In this document: piece after piece, positions 25,869 to 38,113 of the stretch | Layout of the letters: each line of letters opens with the position of its first letter | Position numbering within the stretch: the first letter of the stretch is position 1 | Assembly: GCA_964035545.1 (NCBI GenBank) | Contig: CAXIUT010000101.1 | Location: forward strand, 1 to 38,200 | DNA length: 38,200 bases | Direction: 5' to 3' | From: Bugula neritina | Taxonomy: Eukaryota > Animalia > Bryozoa | Position numbers and translations under genes: made by a program | The notes under the pieces: model-generated | The model's database searches: none | What the model was told of the DNA's origin: nothing | Seen by the model: the letters and a program-made list of their open reading frames with translations, nothing else

Positions 25869-26651
25869 ATGAAAAGGCGAGTCAGCAAAAGAAACTCTGA
25901 TATTTTTATCTAAGAAAGAGATATCTCTCAAAGTGATGAAAGGTCAAAAGATAGTCTTAGTATTCATCCTCTCCCCTATCTCAAAAGAGGTGACTCTTCA
26001 GTCTACATCGATCAGTTCCTTGGAAAAGAAGAACCTTTCTCCCCTCTCAAATCAGAGATTAACATTATTCAGCCTGCGCCTCCCCCTATCGTTCATGAAT
26101 AACCTAAAGAATAAAATGCTGAGCACTCTTAAAAATAAGAAGAACATTCTCCAGAAGAGTCCATAATGTCATCAACACATATGAATCCTTCAGCTTTTCA
26201 TAACTTTCAAAAGCATTTAACAGTTGCATTGAAGCATGCAGTAGTATTTAAGGATGAATAAAAGACAGTTAAAGAATCAGTGAAAGCGGCGGCTAAGTTA
26301 TGGAGGGCTTTTTCTCAATCAAAAGTATGCACTAAAAAAATATTACATTTTTTATTAGGCGACAGAAATTAACATAAAATCACCACAGAAGATTTAAGAC
26401 AGTTTGGATTTGCTAAAATTTATGACTCTTTTGGTGATAAAACAATTAGATAGTCAAGAATATTTTTACTACGAGAAGTTCTCAGACAAATAAAATAAGA
26501 AAAATGTCTCTAGATCTATTTCTAACATAAAAAGATAAAAGACAAAGACAAATTCAAAAGATACGTGAAGATGTTCGTTTAATAGTTAGAGTAAGGATTT
26601 TTAAGAAAAAGATTACCCAGATAAAAAGTATCATAATTGATGAAAAAATGA
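25869..26651 (+). CDS. Hypothetical protein (260 aa)
   Basis: Open ATG-to-TGA frame in code 30. Confidence 0.7.
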
Positions 26652-26727
26652 TTATTATTACTCATTATCCTATTGATAACTTGATAAATAATTGTTTATA
26701 ATAATACAATTGACATCGTACTAGTTG

Positions 26728-27947
26728 ATGTCACACGATAAGAAATCATACTAGAAACTGAATAGCTTCTCACAACCTCCATGTTGTACTCAAATCATCA
26801 GCTATATTGTTATAGTATTACTTAACATTGTTTTCTGGGTCTTCCTGCAAGAACATTTTTAAAATTAATCCACCAGATTCACAATGATCGTTCTATTTGC
26901 CATCTCTTTTGTAATTCTCATTCTTGTTGGCTTCATAACATCCTATCTAGACCCTTCAGATCCAATCATCAGATAATATCTATAGTCCAGCAGCAATATG
27001 TACCTATAATTCTTCTTCAGGTCTAAAAAAAATATCTAATAAAATCTATATTGCGATCACTGCTGCAGCTACGTCCTACCCACATCTCGTCACTGTAAAA
27101 AATGCGATAGGTATTCTTGTTTTAAAACAGATGTGTACACCAATTCGATCATCATTGCATATGGATCAATAACTGCATAGGATAAATCAATTATAGGTTT
27201 TTTATTGCCATGATTCTTTCTGCTTTTACTCATCTTTTTCTATATCTACTCACCTTGGTTCTCTTATGGAGCTAAAATACTTGGGAGGGATATCTTGGTG
27301 AAATGATAGCTGGATGGGTAGGAGGTTTAGTTGCTTTAATTTTTGTAGTATTGATCACAGGATTGATTATTTTGCATTTTTATCTTATTTCTCAAGGAAT
27401 AACTACTTTTTAGTATATTTTATCAAAGAAAACTCAAGTCGAAAGACAAAAATTCTAAAGAGTAGTTCCTGTAAAAAAGATATAAAAAGATGTATAACTA
27501 TAAAACAGATAACATGAAAGAGAAGTATAAAACTAAAAAACAGAAAATGGCATAAATCCTCCAATAAGTGCCTTTCAATAAGTCATAAATCATAGATCAC
27601 AAAAATCTGAATAAATATCAGGTCCTTCAGGTGAATTTTTAAATTAATCAAGAAGCAAACAAACAGCCAACTAAAAACCATTCTAAACAATAAATAACAT
27701 ATAAAGTGCAGCTGATTTATTATATGAATAATAAATGAAATAAGTATATAAAAAAAACAGAAGTTTAAAATTTTTAGTAGGCAATTCGATATCTGTAAAA
27801 TCACTAAAATCAAAAAGAAACAATTTCAGTGAAACCTTTTCCCATCACAAAGGTAAAAGTCAATAACTAAATCTAATAAAAGTTGAATATCTCAGTCATT
27901 AAAGCAACCCCATAGATGATGTAGAATAGTAACATCAAAAAAAATGA
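26728..27947 (+). CDS. DHHC palmitoyltransferase
   Basis: DPSD, C..C...[26 protein letters not shown](TAA=E)INYRFF, TM helices and a TTxE-type motif. Intron at 27111-27130. Confidence 0.95.
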
Positions 27948-28003
27948 CTTTATCCTTAATATTGATATTTCAGTTTTTATTTATATTTTAAAAAATAATA
28001 AAA

Positions 28004-28543
28004 TCATTGTTAAGGATTTTTCTTGTGATTTTTCTTTGTTATTTGGGTTGTCATTAGATATTAATCAAGATTTACATTAAATGTGTTGTTTTTTTTACGT
28101 TTTATTATCTATCGTAACTTCTTACTACTCATTTTCTAAATATTGGCTGCTACTTTTTTTTATCTCTATTGAGAAGTCATAAATTCTATCTGTCTAATTG
28201 GACTCTTATTCCTGCATTTGAGGTACTTACAATAATAAGAATCTTAATCATTTTTAAGCGGTTACAAATTGATATCCATATGCTTGATCGGACAAAACTG
28301 AGTATTACTGCTCGTAAAAGATGGACTTTATAGTACTTTATGTTTAGGTATATGAAGAGAATGATTTCTAGTTGATATTCTTGGTAACTTTATTGGTCCA
28401 AATGAATCAGAGTTGGTCCAATTCGATAGTTATGCGAAAGATGTATGTCTATCATAAGTAGGAATGTTTAATTTGCCAAGACTAGGGATAGAAAAGTCAG
28501 TATTGGAGTAGTTATCTAGTTATTGTTTTATTACTTACTACAT
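28004..28543 (-). CDS. Hypothetical protein (~179 aa)
   Basis: ATG and TGA are in frame in code 30. No recognised domain. Confidence 0.5.
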
Positions 28544-28700
28544 TTAGTTATTATTATTGTCAAATCTATTATCTGATAAGATAGAAATCAATATAGCTAA
28601 ATTAATCAATAAAAAACAACTTATTTTATAATTTTAATAAGATCTTTATTTATTTTTGAAGTTATCAATATTTAATATTTGGCAGTTTGGTTCAAAAAAA

Positions 28701-29471
28701 ATGTATATGCATAAATAAACAATAAAAGAGAAGCTAAAACAGAATAAAAGCAATCAATTATGCAGATAGTGTATCTTGCTAATAGAATAATATCAACTAG
28801 AAGAGGAAAAAAACATTCAGATCATCAATGAACAAAAAGAATTGATCGATATTCTCAAAGAAGGAAAAGAATATTACTAAAAATAATATAATAATAATGA
28901 TTTGGAGATTGAAATGATTAAATTACAACAAGAAAATCAACGTTTAGTTGCTGTGATTAAAAATCATATGCAAGCGAATTAGGAACTAAAAATGTGGAAT
29001 CAAAGGATAAAATAAGATAAAAATAGTTTAGAAGATAAAGTTAAATAAACTAATAGAATATTAGCATAGAATTAATAAAAATATTTAAAATTACTTCTCT
29101 AAAAAGAACTATTGGAAAAAGAATGGAATAAAGTAATAAAAGCTGTCAATAAAAAAATAACTAAATTATATCAATAAAGAAGTTATAATCCATAACATGT
29201 CAAAAGCAAATCCTCTGAAATTAAAGATAATATCAATATTGTTAAATTGTAAAGAAAAATTGATAACAAAGATTTATCTTTAAAAGAAAGAGCACTAAAT
29301 ATGGCAAAATTTATCGATAAGTAGTTATAATGTCAATAGCTGAAAGATATCTTCCGAGCTAGTTCTTAAAAGAAACAAAAAGAACAAAAATTAAAATAAA
29401 ACAAAAGAATGATTCTAGGATAACTCAACCAAAACTAATTAGAAGTTCCATTTAATCTCTAGTTTTTATGA
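28701..29471 (+). CDS. Hypothetical coiled-coil protein (256 aa)
   Basis: Open frame, E/K-rich heptads. Confidence 0.7.
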
Positions 29472-29507
29472 TAGTTGTTAATTTTAAAATTAAATATTTG
29501 ATAATTA

Positions 29508-31340
29508 TCATTGAGACGCCAATTTGAAATCAAAACTTGTCATCGCTACTCCTAAAGCTATTAAAGGACTGAAAGGATAGCATATATCAAAACAAAATTA
29601 ATCTGGCTCTTTTTTAGCCAATAAAAGGCCCTCCTCACTCTGATCTTCAGAATTAACAAAGATCATATTTTTAACTGAAGCATATTTCGTCTTTCCTCTG
29701 AAATTCATCACATATACTTGATGCTAATGACTCCACACAGGCTATTTATTTACATACTTAAATATCTTTTTATAATCCTGATTATTCTTATTCTCATAAA
29801 GGTCCTTCAAATTCTTACTCTTATCATTTGATCCTTCCAACTATTAAAATCTAAATGATTTGTTTTTCAAATAAATCTATACTGTCCGAGTCTTTAACTT
29901 ACAACAAATCCATGCAGGACTGTAATATATAGTTGCCTATAACTATTTTACCATATGATCAGCTTGACTAGCAGTAACATTCCAAAGTGATCCTGTAAAA
30001 TTGCCTTATAATTTACCTGTAAAAAAATCAGAATTCTACTAAAATTGATTTTTAGTCATTGATAAATGATAAGTTGATCCCAAATGAAAAGGCATTTTTT
30101 TACTAGAAAGAAGATGTATTCCATCATTAGTTACCATATCATAGTCTAGATAGCCAAATTTCGAACATCCTCTATTCCGAGTCAAGGTAGTTTATACACA
30201 TTTATCATAAGGAATACATCTATGGATAAAGCCATAAAGATTATTTATATCGTTTTTAGTTATTGCATATTTACCATTCTTTAATACCTTCATATTCTTT
30301 TGCCTTTACTCAAGATTATCTAACTTATCGAATTACTGTAAAGTAAATATTTTTTGTTGTTTTTGCTTGTGATTAAGAGGCATCAGTGAAGGTAGCTTCT
30401 TTTTATTTTTTTATGGACTTATAGGTTCAAGTATTTGTCGAGTTGATAGTTCTTCTCTTGACTATGTTACCTGCAGTCCTGTATCAAGAGATGATTTAGA
30501 ATTAGTATAAGGCATCTAATACTAGATTTATTATTTTGTTTATCCAAAGAAAAATCCTTTAGCCATCTGTTTCTATTTAAGAGGAAGAGTTTCAAGCAAT
30601 CTTGCTTTTTTTGCATTAATTTTTTTTGAAGACTATACTACTAGAGGATCTATCTGTTATTTTGGTTATTAAGAATCTTCTTTTTACTCTTCTTCTTCTG
30701 ATTATTTTTCTTATTCCTATTAAACTGATTTTTATGAAGGTTATTTTTAGATAGTTTTAGGCAACTATCTTTTCTAAAATATATATTCCTGTTAATCTCT
30801 AACTTATTTTTTATTATTTTAAATATCAAGAAAAGAATTACTCTAATTTTCCGATATATCTTTCTTGAAAAGCTACTATTTACCTGTTATTTTGATAGGA
30901 ATAGTATTAGTTTATTACATATTGATAATTTTAGAAGTCACTTTATTTGATGTTTCATAGATATCTTATTCTTAATCTTCATTAAGATCATAAATCTTCA
31001 TTGCTTTTTATAGATTTAACCTTTTATTTTATTGATGAAGTTGATTTTATTTCTGTTCTATTCTTATCCTACCAGTTCTACCTTGACGAGTATGAGTTCT
31101 TAGTTCTTTATCATCGTCTTCTTACATCTTAGGTAAATGTAAATTATAAACTTGTTCTCCTCTTTAAAAAGCAGGTTCGAAAGGATGATTATCTTCAATA
31201 ATTTATTAGTTTTTAGATTGTTTCTACGAGAGTTAAGATTAAATTTATCCATAATTTCGATGGATCAGAACAGGTTGCTCTTTCTGAGAAGAAACGATTG
31301 ATTATTATAGATCAAAGAAAATATCCTCATTGTCTTTCAT
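29508..31340 (-). CDS. Tubby-domain protein
   Basis: GKLEGNFTG, NKEPVW...YVMNFRGK...ASVKN, FCFDICYPFSPLIALGVAMTSFDFKLASQ*. Confidence 0.92.
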
Positions 31341-31589
31341 TGATTAATATTATTTTGATAATAAAATTGATATTCAATCATTTAATAACCAAATAACAAT
31401 ATCAATAATATATGATAAAAAATATTTTATCAAATTTCACATATTGTCATTAGTTACCTTTAATACGATTTAATCATATATTTTATACTTAAATTATAAT
31501 AGTATCCTATTTTTTTAATTTTTTACTTTTCTATTTATCGAACAGATAGATTTTATAACTAATAGATCTTCTATAATTAGAAAAGTTAG

Positions 31590-33072
31590 ATGATGGTTGA
31601 TTAGGCAGTAGCAGAAGTCATCCCTTCTCACAAAGAGATGTCAAAACCAATACTTGAAGAAGTATTTACAGTTACTCTTGACTCTGAAGTATTCGAAAAA
31701 GTCAAATGTGTCCTCTATGACAGATACATCCTCATCGATTGTAAAGTAAAATTTCCATAAAATAGAAAAATAAACATTAATTCCTTAAAATTAACTTTAA
31801 CTTTGATCTTATCTTTGAACTACAAAGAGAAGAAGGAGAGAATAAAAAGTTAGGAAAACCATTTGGAATAAAGTTTTAAAGATTCCAAAAATCCTTATCT
31901 TTGATCAAAGAAAATGGATAAAAAATGCTTTTAATCTGGAGAGATGCCTTAGCCAAAAAAATAAATCAAAGAGGTTTTCATTAATTATTTAAACCTATCA
32001 AGAAGATTGGAAAAGGTAACTTTGCTACAGTGTATCTGGTATACAAGTACTAAAATGGTCAAAAATCTGCTGTGAAAGCTTTTTCTAAAGAAGGAACCTT
32101 CAGTGAATAGTTTGGAAAAGAATCTCTAGTGAACTAAATAGAAATAATGAGAAAATTCTAACATAAAAATTTAATGAGACTAGAATAAATTTACTAATCT
32201 CAAAACTCAATTTATATTTCAGTACAACTGCTTGAAGGAGGACAACTTTATGACAAAATTAAGGCCAAACATAAATTCACTCCAAGAGAAATAAAGATAG
32301 CCATGAAAGGCATCCTTTAAGGCCTAGAAGTTATGCATGCAAATGACATTATGCATAGAGATTTAAAACCTGAGAATATTCTTCTGAGAAGTGAAGGAGA
32401 TTTTGATTGTGTTATTGCTGACTTTGGATTGGCTCAAAATACTAATGAGGATTATATGTTTGTCAGATGTGGAACACCAGGCTATGTAGCTCCAGAAGTA
32501 GTTAATCTCAAAGATTTGAAGGCCAAGTACAGTACTATCTGTGATCTCTTCAGTGTTGGAGTTATTTTCCATATGCTTGCCTTGAAAAAACCTCCATTCC
32601 CAGGAAAAGAATATGATGAAGTCCTATCTCAAAATAGACATTGCAACATTCACTTCTAAAATCCTATGTATCAAACTCTTCCATAAACTTGTACCTTTCT
32701 TTTTATTCAGGGCTCGATTTAATGAAAAAACTCCTCGAAAAAGATCCATTGAAAAGAATATCAGCAACTTAGGCTCTAAATCACGACTTTTTCTCAAAAG
32801 ATTAATTGTTCAAGGAATTTACTTAAATCAGAAAGAGTTCTTTCCTGGCCGGAGAGGAATGCAACTCTCCTTTGATGATATCCAAAAATGCTGAAAGAAA
32901 GAAGAAACAGCTATTACGTGATGATAGTTGCTTGAAGTTCAAGATGAAAGAGAATATATTGACTGGCAGAACTGACTAGAGTGCAGATATGATAGAATAG
33001 ATTGATTCCCCTGCAGCCATCAAGAAGAAAGTGGTGAAGGTTAATGAAAGTAGATTCAAACAAAAAAGCTGA
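31590..33072 (+). CDS. CAMK-group Ser/Thr kinase with an N-terminal PH-like region
   Basis: IGKGNFATV, AVK, N(TAA=E)IEIMR, HRDLKPEN, DFG, CGTPGYVAPE. Introns at 31746-31765 and 32691-32710. Confidence 0.96.
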
Positions 33073-33104
33073 TTATTACTATTCGATTACATTAAGTATA
33101 TATA

Positions 33105-34421
33105 TCATATTTTCAACTTATCAAAAAGAAGTTTATCCACTATTTTTGAAGGATCTTTCCTCACTTGTTCCAAAATCTACTTTCTCTCCTTCTAAAACTC
33201 TTCCCTGCATTCTTCATCATCTGACTTTTCGACTTTTGATTCTGATTGTTTTAAAGATTTGTATTTTGATATTCCTGTCACAATATTTTTAAAGTTTTGC
33301 TTTAATTCAGGATTTGCTTAATTCTCTTTATTTTTCAGATAACGAGCATAACTCTCGGATTTTAGTTAATTTTAGTCAATAGTTTTATCCAAATTATTCA
33401 CCCAAATTTTATAATTGTTTTCTTAACTTGTCATTTTTTCATATTTGTAGTCAAGATCATTTTATTTTTAAATTTATACTTCCAAACTATCAAGTGATCT
33501 TGACCTTGTTTGGAAAAGATGTCCTGTTTCAAGGTTAATATGTTGATATCCTATTTATTGTACTTAATTTTAAAGAGAAGTAATATTTTTCTTTAATGGT
33601 TCGGCTGTTCTTCCAAAATAAGGAATAGCTCCCATTATTCTAGCTGTTTTGATAGCTTTTCTTGCTGCTTTTTGATCACCATGACTCAAAAAGTTACGAT
33701 ACTTGCTTTTTATATTGCCATTTATTGTCATAAATTGTCTAAGAAGTTCGATATTTCTCCAATGGATATCATATTTGTTAAGTTGTCTCAGATTTTGTTG
33801 TCTTTTCTAATATCGATCAAGAGGTTTGAAAAAATGTCTCAGTGGTTGATGAGGTTTTAATTAATCATATGCTTTTTGTACCGTAAAATTACTAGGACCA
33901 TCATAAGATTGAGGATTGAACTTTTCCTATCTTAAATCTTTGAGTTAGTAAAGCAAATCACCTCTACCTTTATTATCTTTAGCACCTTTTGTTCGAATTC
34001 TGGCCATAGAAGGATCACCTCCAATATCCTGTCTGAGAGCAATATCGATAACATTTTAAACAGTAAATCTATCATTGTTTTTAAGATAAATTTATCTCGC
34101 TTTATGATTTTTTTTCAAAAACTGGAAGAAGGGATCTAATTTAAGTGGTATTCCTTTCTACCTCAATCATAAAATACTTGTGATTTAGATAATAATATCT
34201 ATTATCTTGACAATCCTGTTTCTTATAACTCGTTCATCTTTTTTGTAATTTCTATATTGATCTTCATCCAACAAATAATACTTTAGTTTTTTATTGAGGA
34301 GTGATATCTTTGGTGATTCCCAGTGGAGGTTTAACAAGTGCTAAAAATCTATATCTTCATAGATATACTTTTATTTATTGAGAGGTTTTGTTGTTGAGAA
34401 CAACCTAATAAATCTCATCAT
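33105..34421 (-). CDS. Mitochondrial ribosomal protein bS18 family (extended)
   Basis: Presequence MMRFIRLFST, then DIHWRNIELLRQFMTINGNIKSKYRNFLSHGDQKAARKAIKTARIMGAIPY. Introns at 34349-34368, 34262-34281 and 34158-34177. Confidence 0.88.
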
Positions 34422-34478
34422 ATTTATATTATTTAACTATGCACATCAAAAGAGATAATTGAACGAATCGATATTTAT

Positions 34479-34547
34479 GGGGTTGGGGTTGGGGTTGGGG
34501 TTGGGGTTGGGGTTGGGGTTGGGGTTGGGGTTGGGGTTGGGGTTGGG
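34479..34547 (+). repeat. Telomere tract (GGGGTT)11GGG, internal
   Basis: Perfect 69-nt tract. Confidence 0.97.
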
Positions 34548-37500
34548 AGCGAATGATTTTACTCTGTATGTGTTGAATACCTCAATATATTCTCGAACTT
34601 CGTTGCGAAGAGTCTAGGCCTAGTCGATCAGATTGACATAGATCAAATGCTGGATCAATAACTTTGCATCCTCTGAATATCAACATTATTACTGACTGCG
34701 TTCTAAACTTTGTCTTCCAACATTTTGAGGTAAGCAAGAAGATACTACTCTTCAAGCGGTGACCCTTCTTTGACATTTCTATTGAGAATAGATCTCTTTT
34801 TATCTTTCTTTTTACGAAGTCCAGTTGTAGTTGACATAGTGTAGTTGCTTTGAGATTTACTTGTGACTGATACCTAACTGTACATATCATCATTTTATCT
34901 TGCTTTGAATGTTGAACTTTAACCGAGGTCTATTTTACTGCTATGAACCTTTTTAAGTCTCTGGTATTTATCAAGAAAATCTTTTCTATCAAAAATGATA
35001 TCATTTTTTTTGAGACTGAAACATAGTTGGAATGCTTCTTTTACTTCTTTGTTTTTGAATTCTTAGCTAACTCTAGGCAAATACTTAAATGCTTTTTTGT
35101 ATTAATTTTGTTTCAAAAATATCAAAATAGCTTCTTCATACTGTCCAACATAGACATACAATTTAGCCAAATCAATTCTATTCTTAATTTATTCTTTAGT
35201 TTCCTCAATAACCTCCAAAACTATTTTATTTCTCTACTATTGTGAATCATATAAGATCTCCAAACACTATTTGATCTTTTTAGTATCCATAGAACTTCTA
35301 GCAATTTCAAGCGCTCTTTGATATAATCCAATAGACTGACATATCCTGTAAGCCTAGTTGACATCTCCACTACTGAATAACTAATCAATAATAAACTATT
35401 TAACTTTGATGAGTTATTATTTTTAGTTGTAGATAACTAATCCATGTTTATAAAGTTTATGTCTTTTTATCAAAACCAATGATTACTATTTTTGCTATCT
35501 ATTGCCCATAGACAGTTCTTTAATCGCTATTTAATATTTTTTAAGATCATTGCATATTTTAGCTCTAAAATCAACCTGATCTTTAATCTATTTTAAACTC
35601 TAGAAATATGGAATATACTCTTTTGGATCCTAAATATCAAATAACATACCTTTTGAGTGCATCGAGCTGTAATAGCCGCCAACTATAAATCATAAGTCAA
35701 CAATGATGCTTCATAGATGGTATTGGGGTCAACTAACCAGCAAATGTATTATAAAATTTGTTGAGCAGACAATTTATTTTTTTGTTTTTTTTGTTATTTA
35801 ACCAAATGAGGAGGCACAACAACTTACACCTAATTTTGTTTCATTTCCTTAATCTAAAAAAGAACACTATTCAACTTGCCCTCTTTAATCTAACTAGTAA
35901 AAATAGATAAAATATACATCTATTTATTGATATTTCTCAAAGTTTCAGCCACAAGTCGACAAATCCTCTTAATTTTACTATCTTTCTTAACCTACAACTA
36001 ACCCACCATATCATCATACTTCTTCATAGGGATAATATACTGCAACTAAGATGATATGTTTTATTTGATATGGGCGATAAACAAATTGATATAATCTGTT
36101 CGTTTTATATCGAGCAAGATGTTTTCAATATCATTTGTAAATTGCTAAGGATTTATATCACACAGTAAGTTGAAATCTAATTTATGGGTTCTTATTATTT
36201 AGAATATCTGTCTGTATTTTTTTTATAACATAAGATTGCTTAATTTGTTTATTGCTATCACTTTTGGATAGATTGCTTAGAAGTTGCCTCGGGGGAGTTG
36301 AAAGACCACCCTTCCTGAAGATATTGTCACTATTTGGGAACCTCTTTCAATCAAACGATGGTTCAATTTTTATTTAGTTTATAATTCAACCAATTTGCTT
36401 TTGATATTTGTCTCTTCTTTATAAATCCAATCATCCAAAATCAAATCGACTACGAACAACTTGTCATACATTTGACTTGTACTCAAAGTAAACACCAAAA
36501 AGTTACGATATAAAATCAAAGAAGAACACTATGAACTAATTGTATTATTATTTATTATCAGTTATTCATTCTAATATACGATCTATAGTTGTTAGTATTC
36601 AGGCATTTTGTAAGTATACTTCAAAGGAAGATGTTTGTAGATTCCATCATCATGAAGACACCCATCTCTTTTGGAATAGATTTTATTATTGACAGTAAAA
36701 TCAATACTATCATTGGTTAGTAATTTAAGAGAAGCCATTCTTTGTCCTTTGAGTTATGCTAATTAACAACTATCAACTATTTTTTGCTATTTGAAATTAT
36801 AAAGAATAATTTATTGTTCAGTCACTACAAGCAAATTGTATTTCTTTTTAGAAACAGCCAAAACATTATTGTTAAATACAGCTTTGAACATACTCATAGG
36901 AGGAGGCATCAAACAATGATTCAAATCGGTTATATTTATTACATTTCCATCAATAAAATAAAAAAATTAATTCACATACTACTTCTACTATTGCTATAAT
37001 TTCCATTCCTTCTCAGGCAACCGAGTTACCAACTCCAATATCTATAATTTATCTTTATGAGTTATTATCAATTGATTTTTTTGTTTCTGACCGATCAATG
37101 GCTAATATAAATTGTCTTTACTCAGAGAAATAACATGTTTAAGATACCAATGATAATTAGAACGATAATAAAGCATTAGTTAGTGTTTGCTATTGTTAAT
37201 AACTTTTAAATAAAGAATCGATGAATCTGTACTCCAATTCATTTGACTAATTTCTTACACTGACGAAGGAAGGTTAAATTCCAAATGTCTCAATCCATTC
37301 TTTTCCCAAAATATAACTCTCATCAACTTCTTACCATCCTTAATGATATAATCAGATCCAGCAACAATGCTACCAGATGGCTGCCAAGCAACCAACCCGC
37401 TCATCTTCATCCTTCCCTTCTCGCTAACAGATTGAACCAGTCCATCTTCAGTAGGATCGCTTTTCGATGGACTTATCATATTATTCATCATGATATCTTT

Positions 37501-38057
37501 AGTAACAGCTTTATGACCATTGACTGTTTGGTAGTTTATAATGAAAAAGTTACCATCCGGACGCCAACTAAATTGGACCTATGAATCGACTACTTACTAT
37601 TGCTAATCTAGAGGTTGCTAGTTGACCAGATCGAATTAGTTATTGAGCTGGATAATAGTTTTATTTTTAGTGATGATATAGATGTACTATTGAGTGGGTG
37701 AGATCGTAGCAGCTGTAATACCATCTTAATTTTGTGCCTTAAAATCAAGTTACCCCATAAGGTCAATAGTAAATATATTTCCATTTTCTGTAACAACAAA
37801 TATATCCTATTTTTACACCAATTCCTAAATCAAAAGTACCTTATCATTCAATTCATCAAATGGACCCAATGTATAGTTATGCTAAAGTTGATAATGTTTT
37901 TGTTGATGGGTGTACTTGGTGATCTTGGATGCATGCAGAAGCAACACTGAGTTGTTCGATGGCTGGTAATGCAATTTGCTAATCGATGATAGTTGATGGG
38001 GAAAGCTAAATGATAGAATAGATACTTTTTAGTGTGATCTAAGTGAATATTTTACAT
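34548..38057 (-). CDS. ELP1: Elongator complex protein 1 (IKI3/IKAP), 3' end truncated by the telomere junction
   Basis: SWRPDG, AWQPSG, FWEKNGLRH, RSNYHWYLK, MPPPM, LPRGNFE, QKDPKEYIP. Introns at 38006-38025 and 35630-35649. One further frame change is unresolved. Confidence 0.93.
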
Positions 38058-38113
38058 GTTGTTTTTAATATAATATATCAAATGTAAAAGAAATCATAAT
38101 TATATCTTTTTTT

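Noticed and set aside
27000-27020. Possible 21-nt intron in the DHHC gene (gtacctataattcttcttcag)
   Set aside because: It is frame-neutral, has no TGA and lacks the -6 A. It cannot be confirmed without RNA data, so it is not counted.
8737-34547. Internal repeats as CRISPR arrays, microsatellites or telomere-bearing transposon ends
   Set aside because: There are no spacers, inverted pairing, target-site duplications or transposase. The flanks are housekeeping genes.
156-37950. Most short ORFs in the supplied track, and apparent pseudogenes full of stops
   Set aside because: These arise from using the standard code. They are antisense shadows or fragments of code-30 genes.
96-38113. Conserved chromosome-breakage motif next to the telomeres
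   Set aside because: The five subtelomeres share only AT richness, with no Tetrahymena Cbs-like or Euplotes-like motif at a fixed distance.
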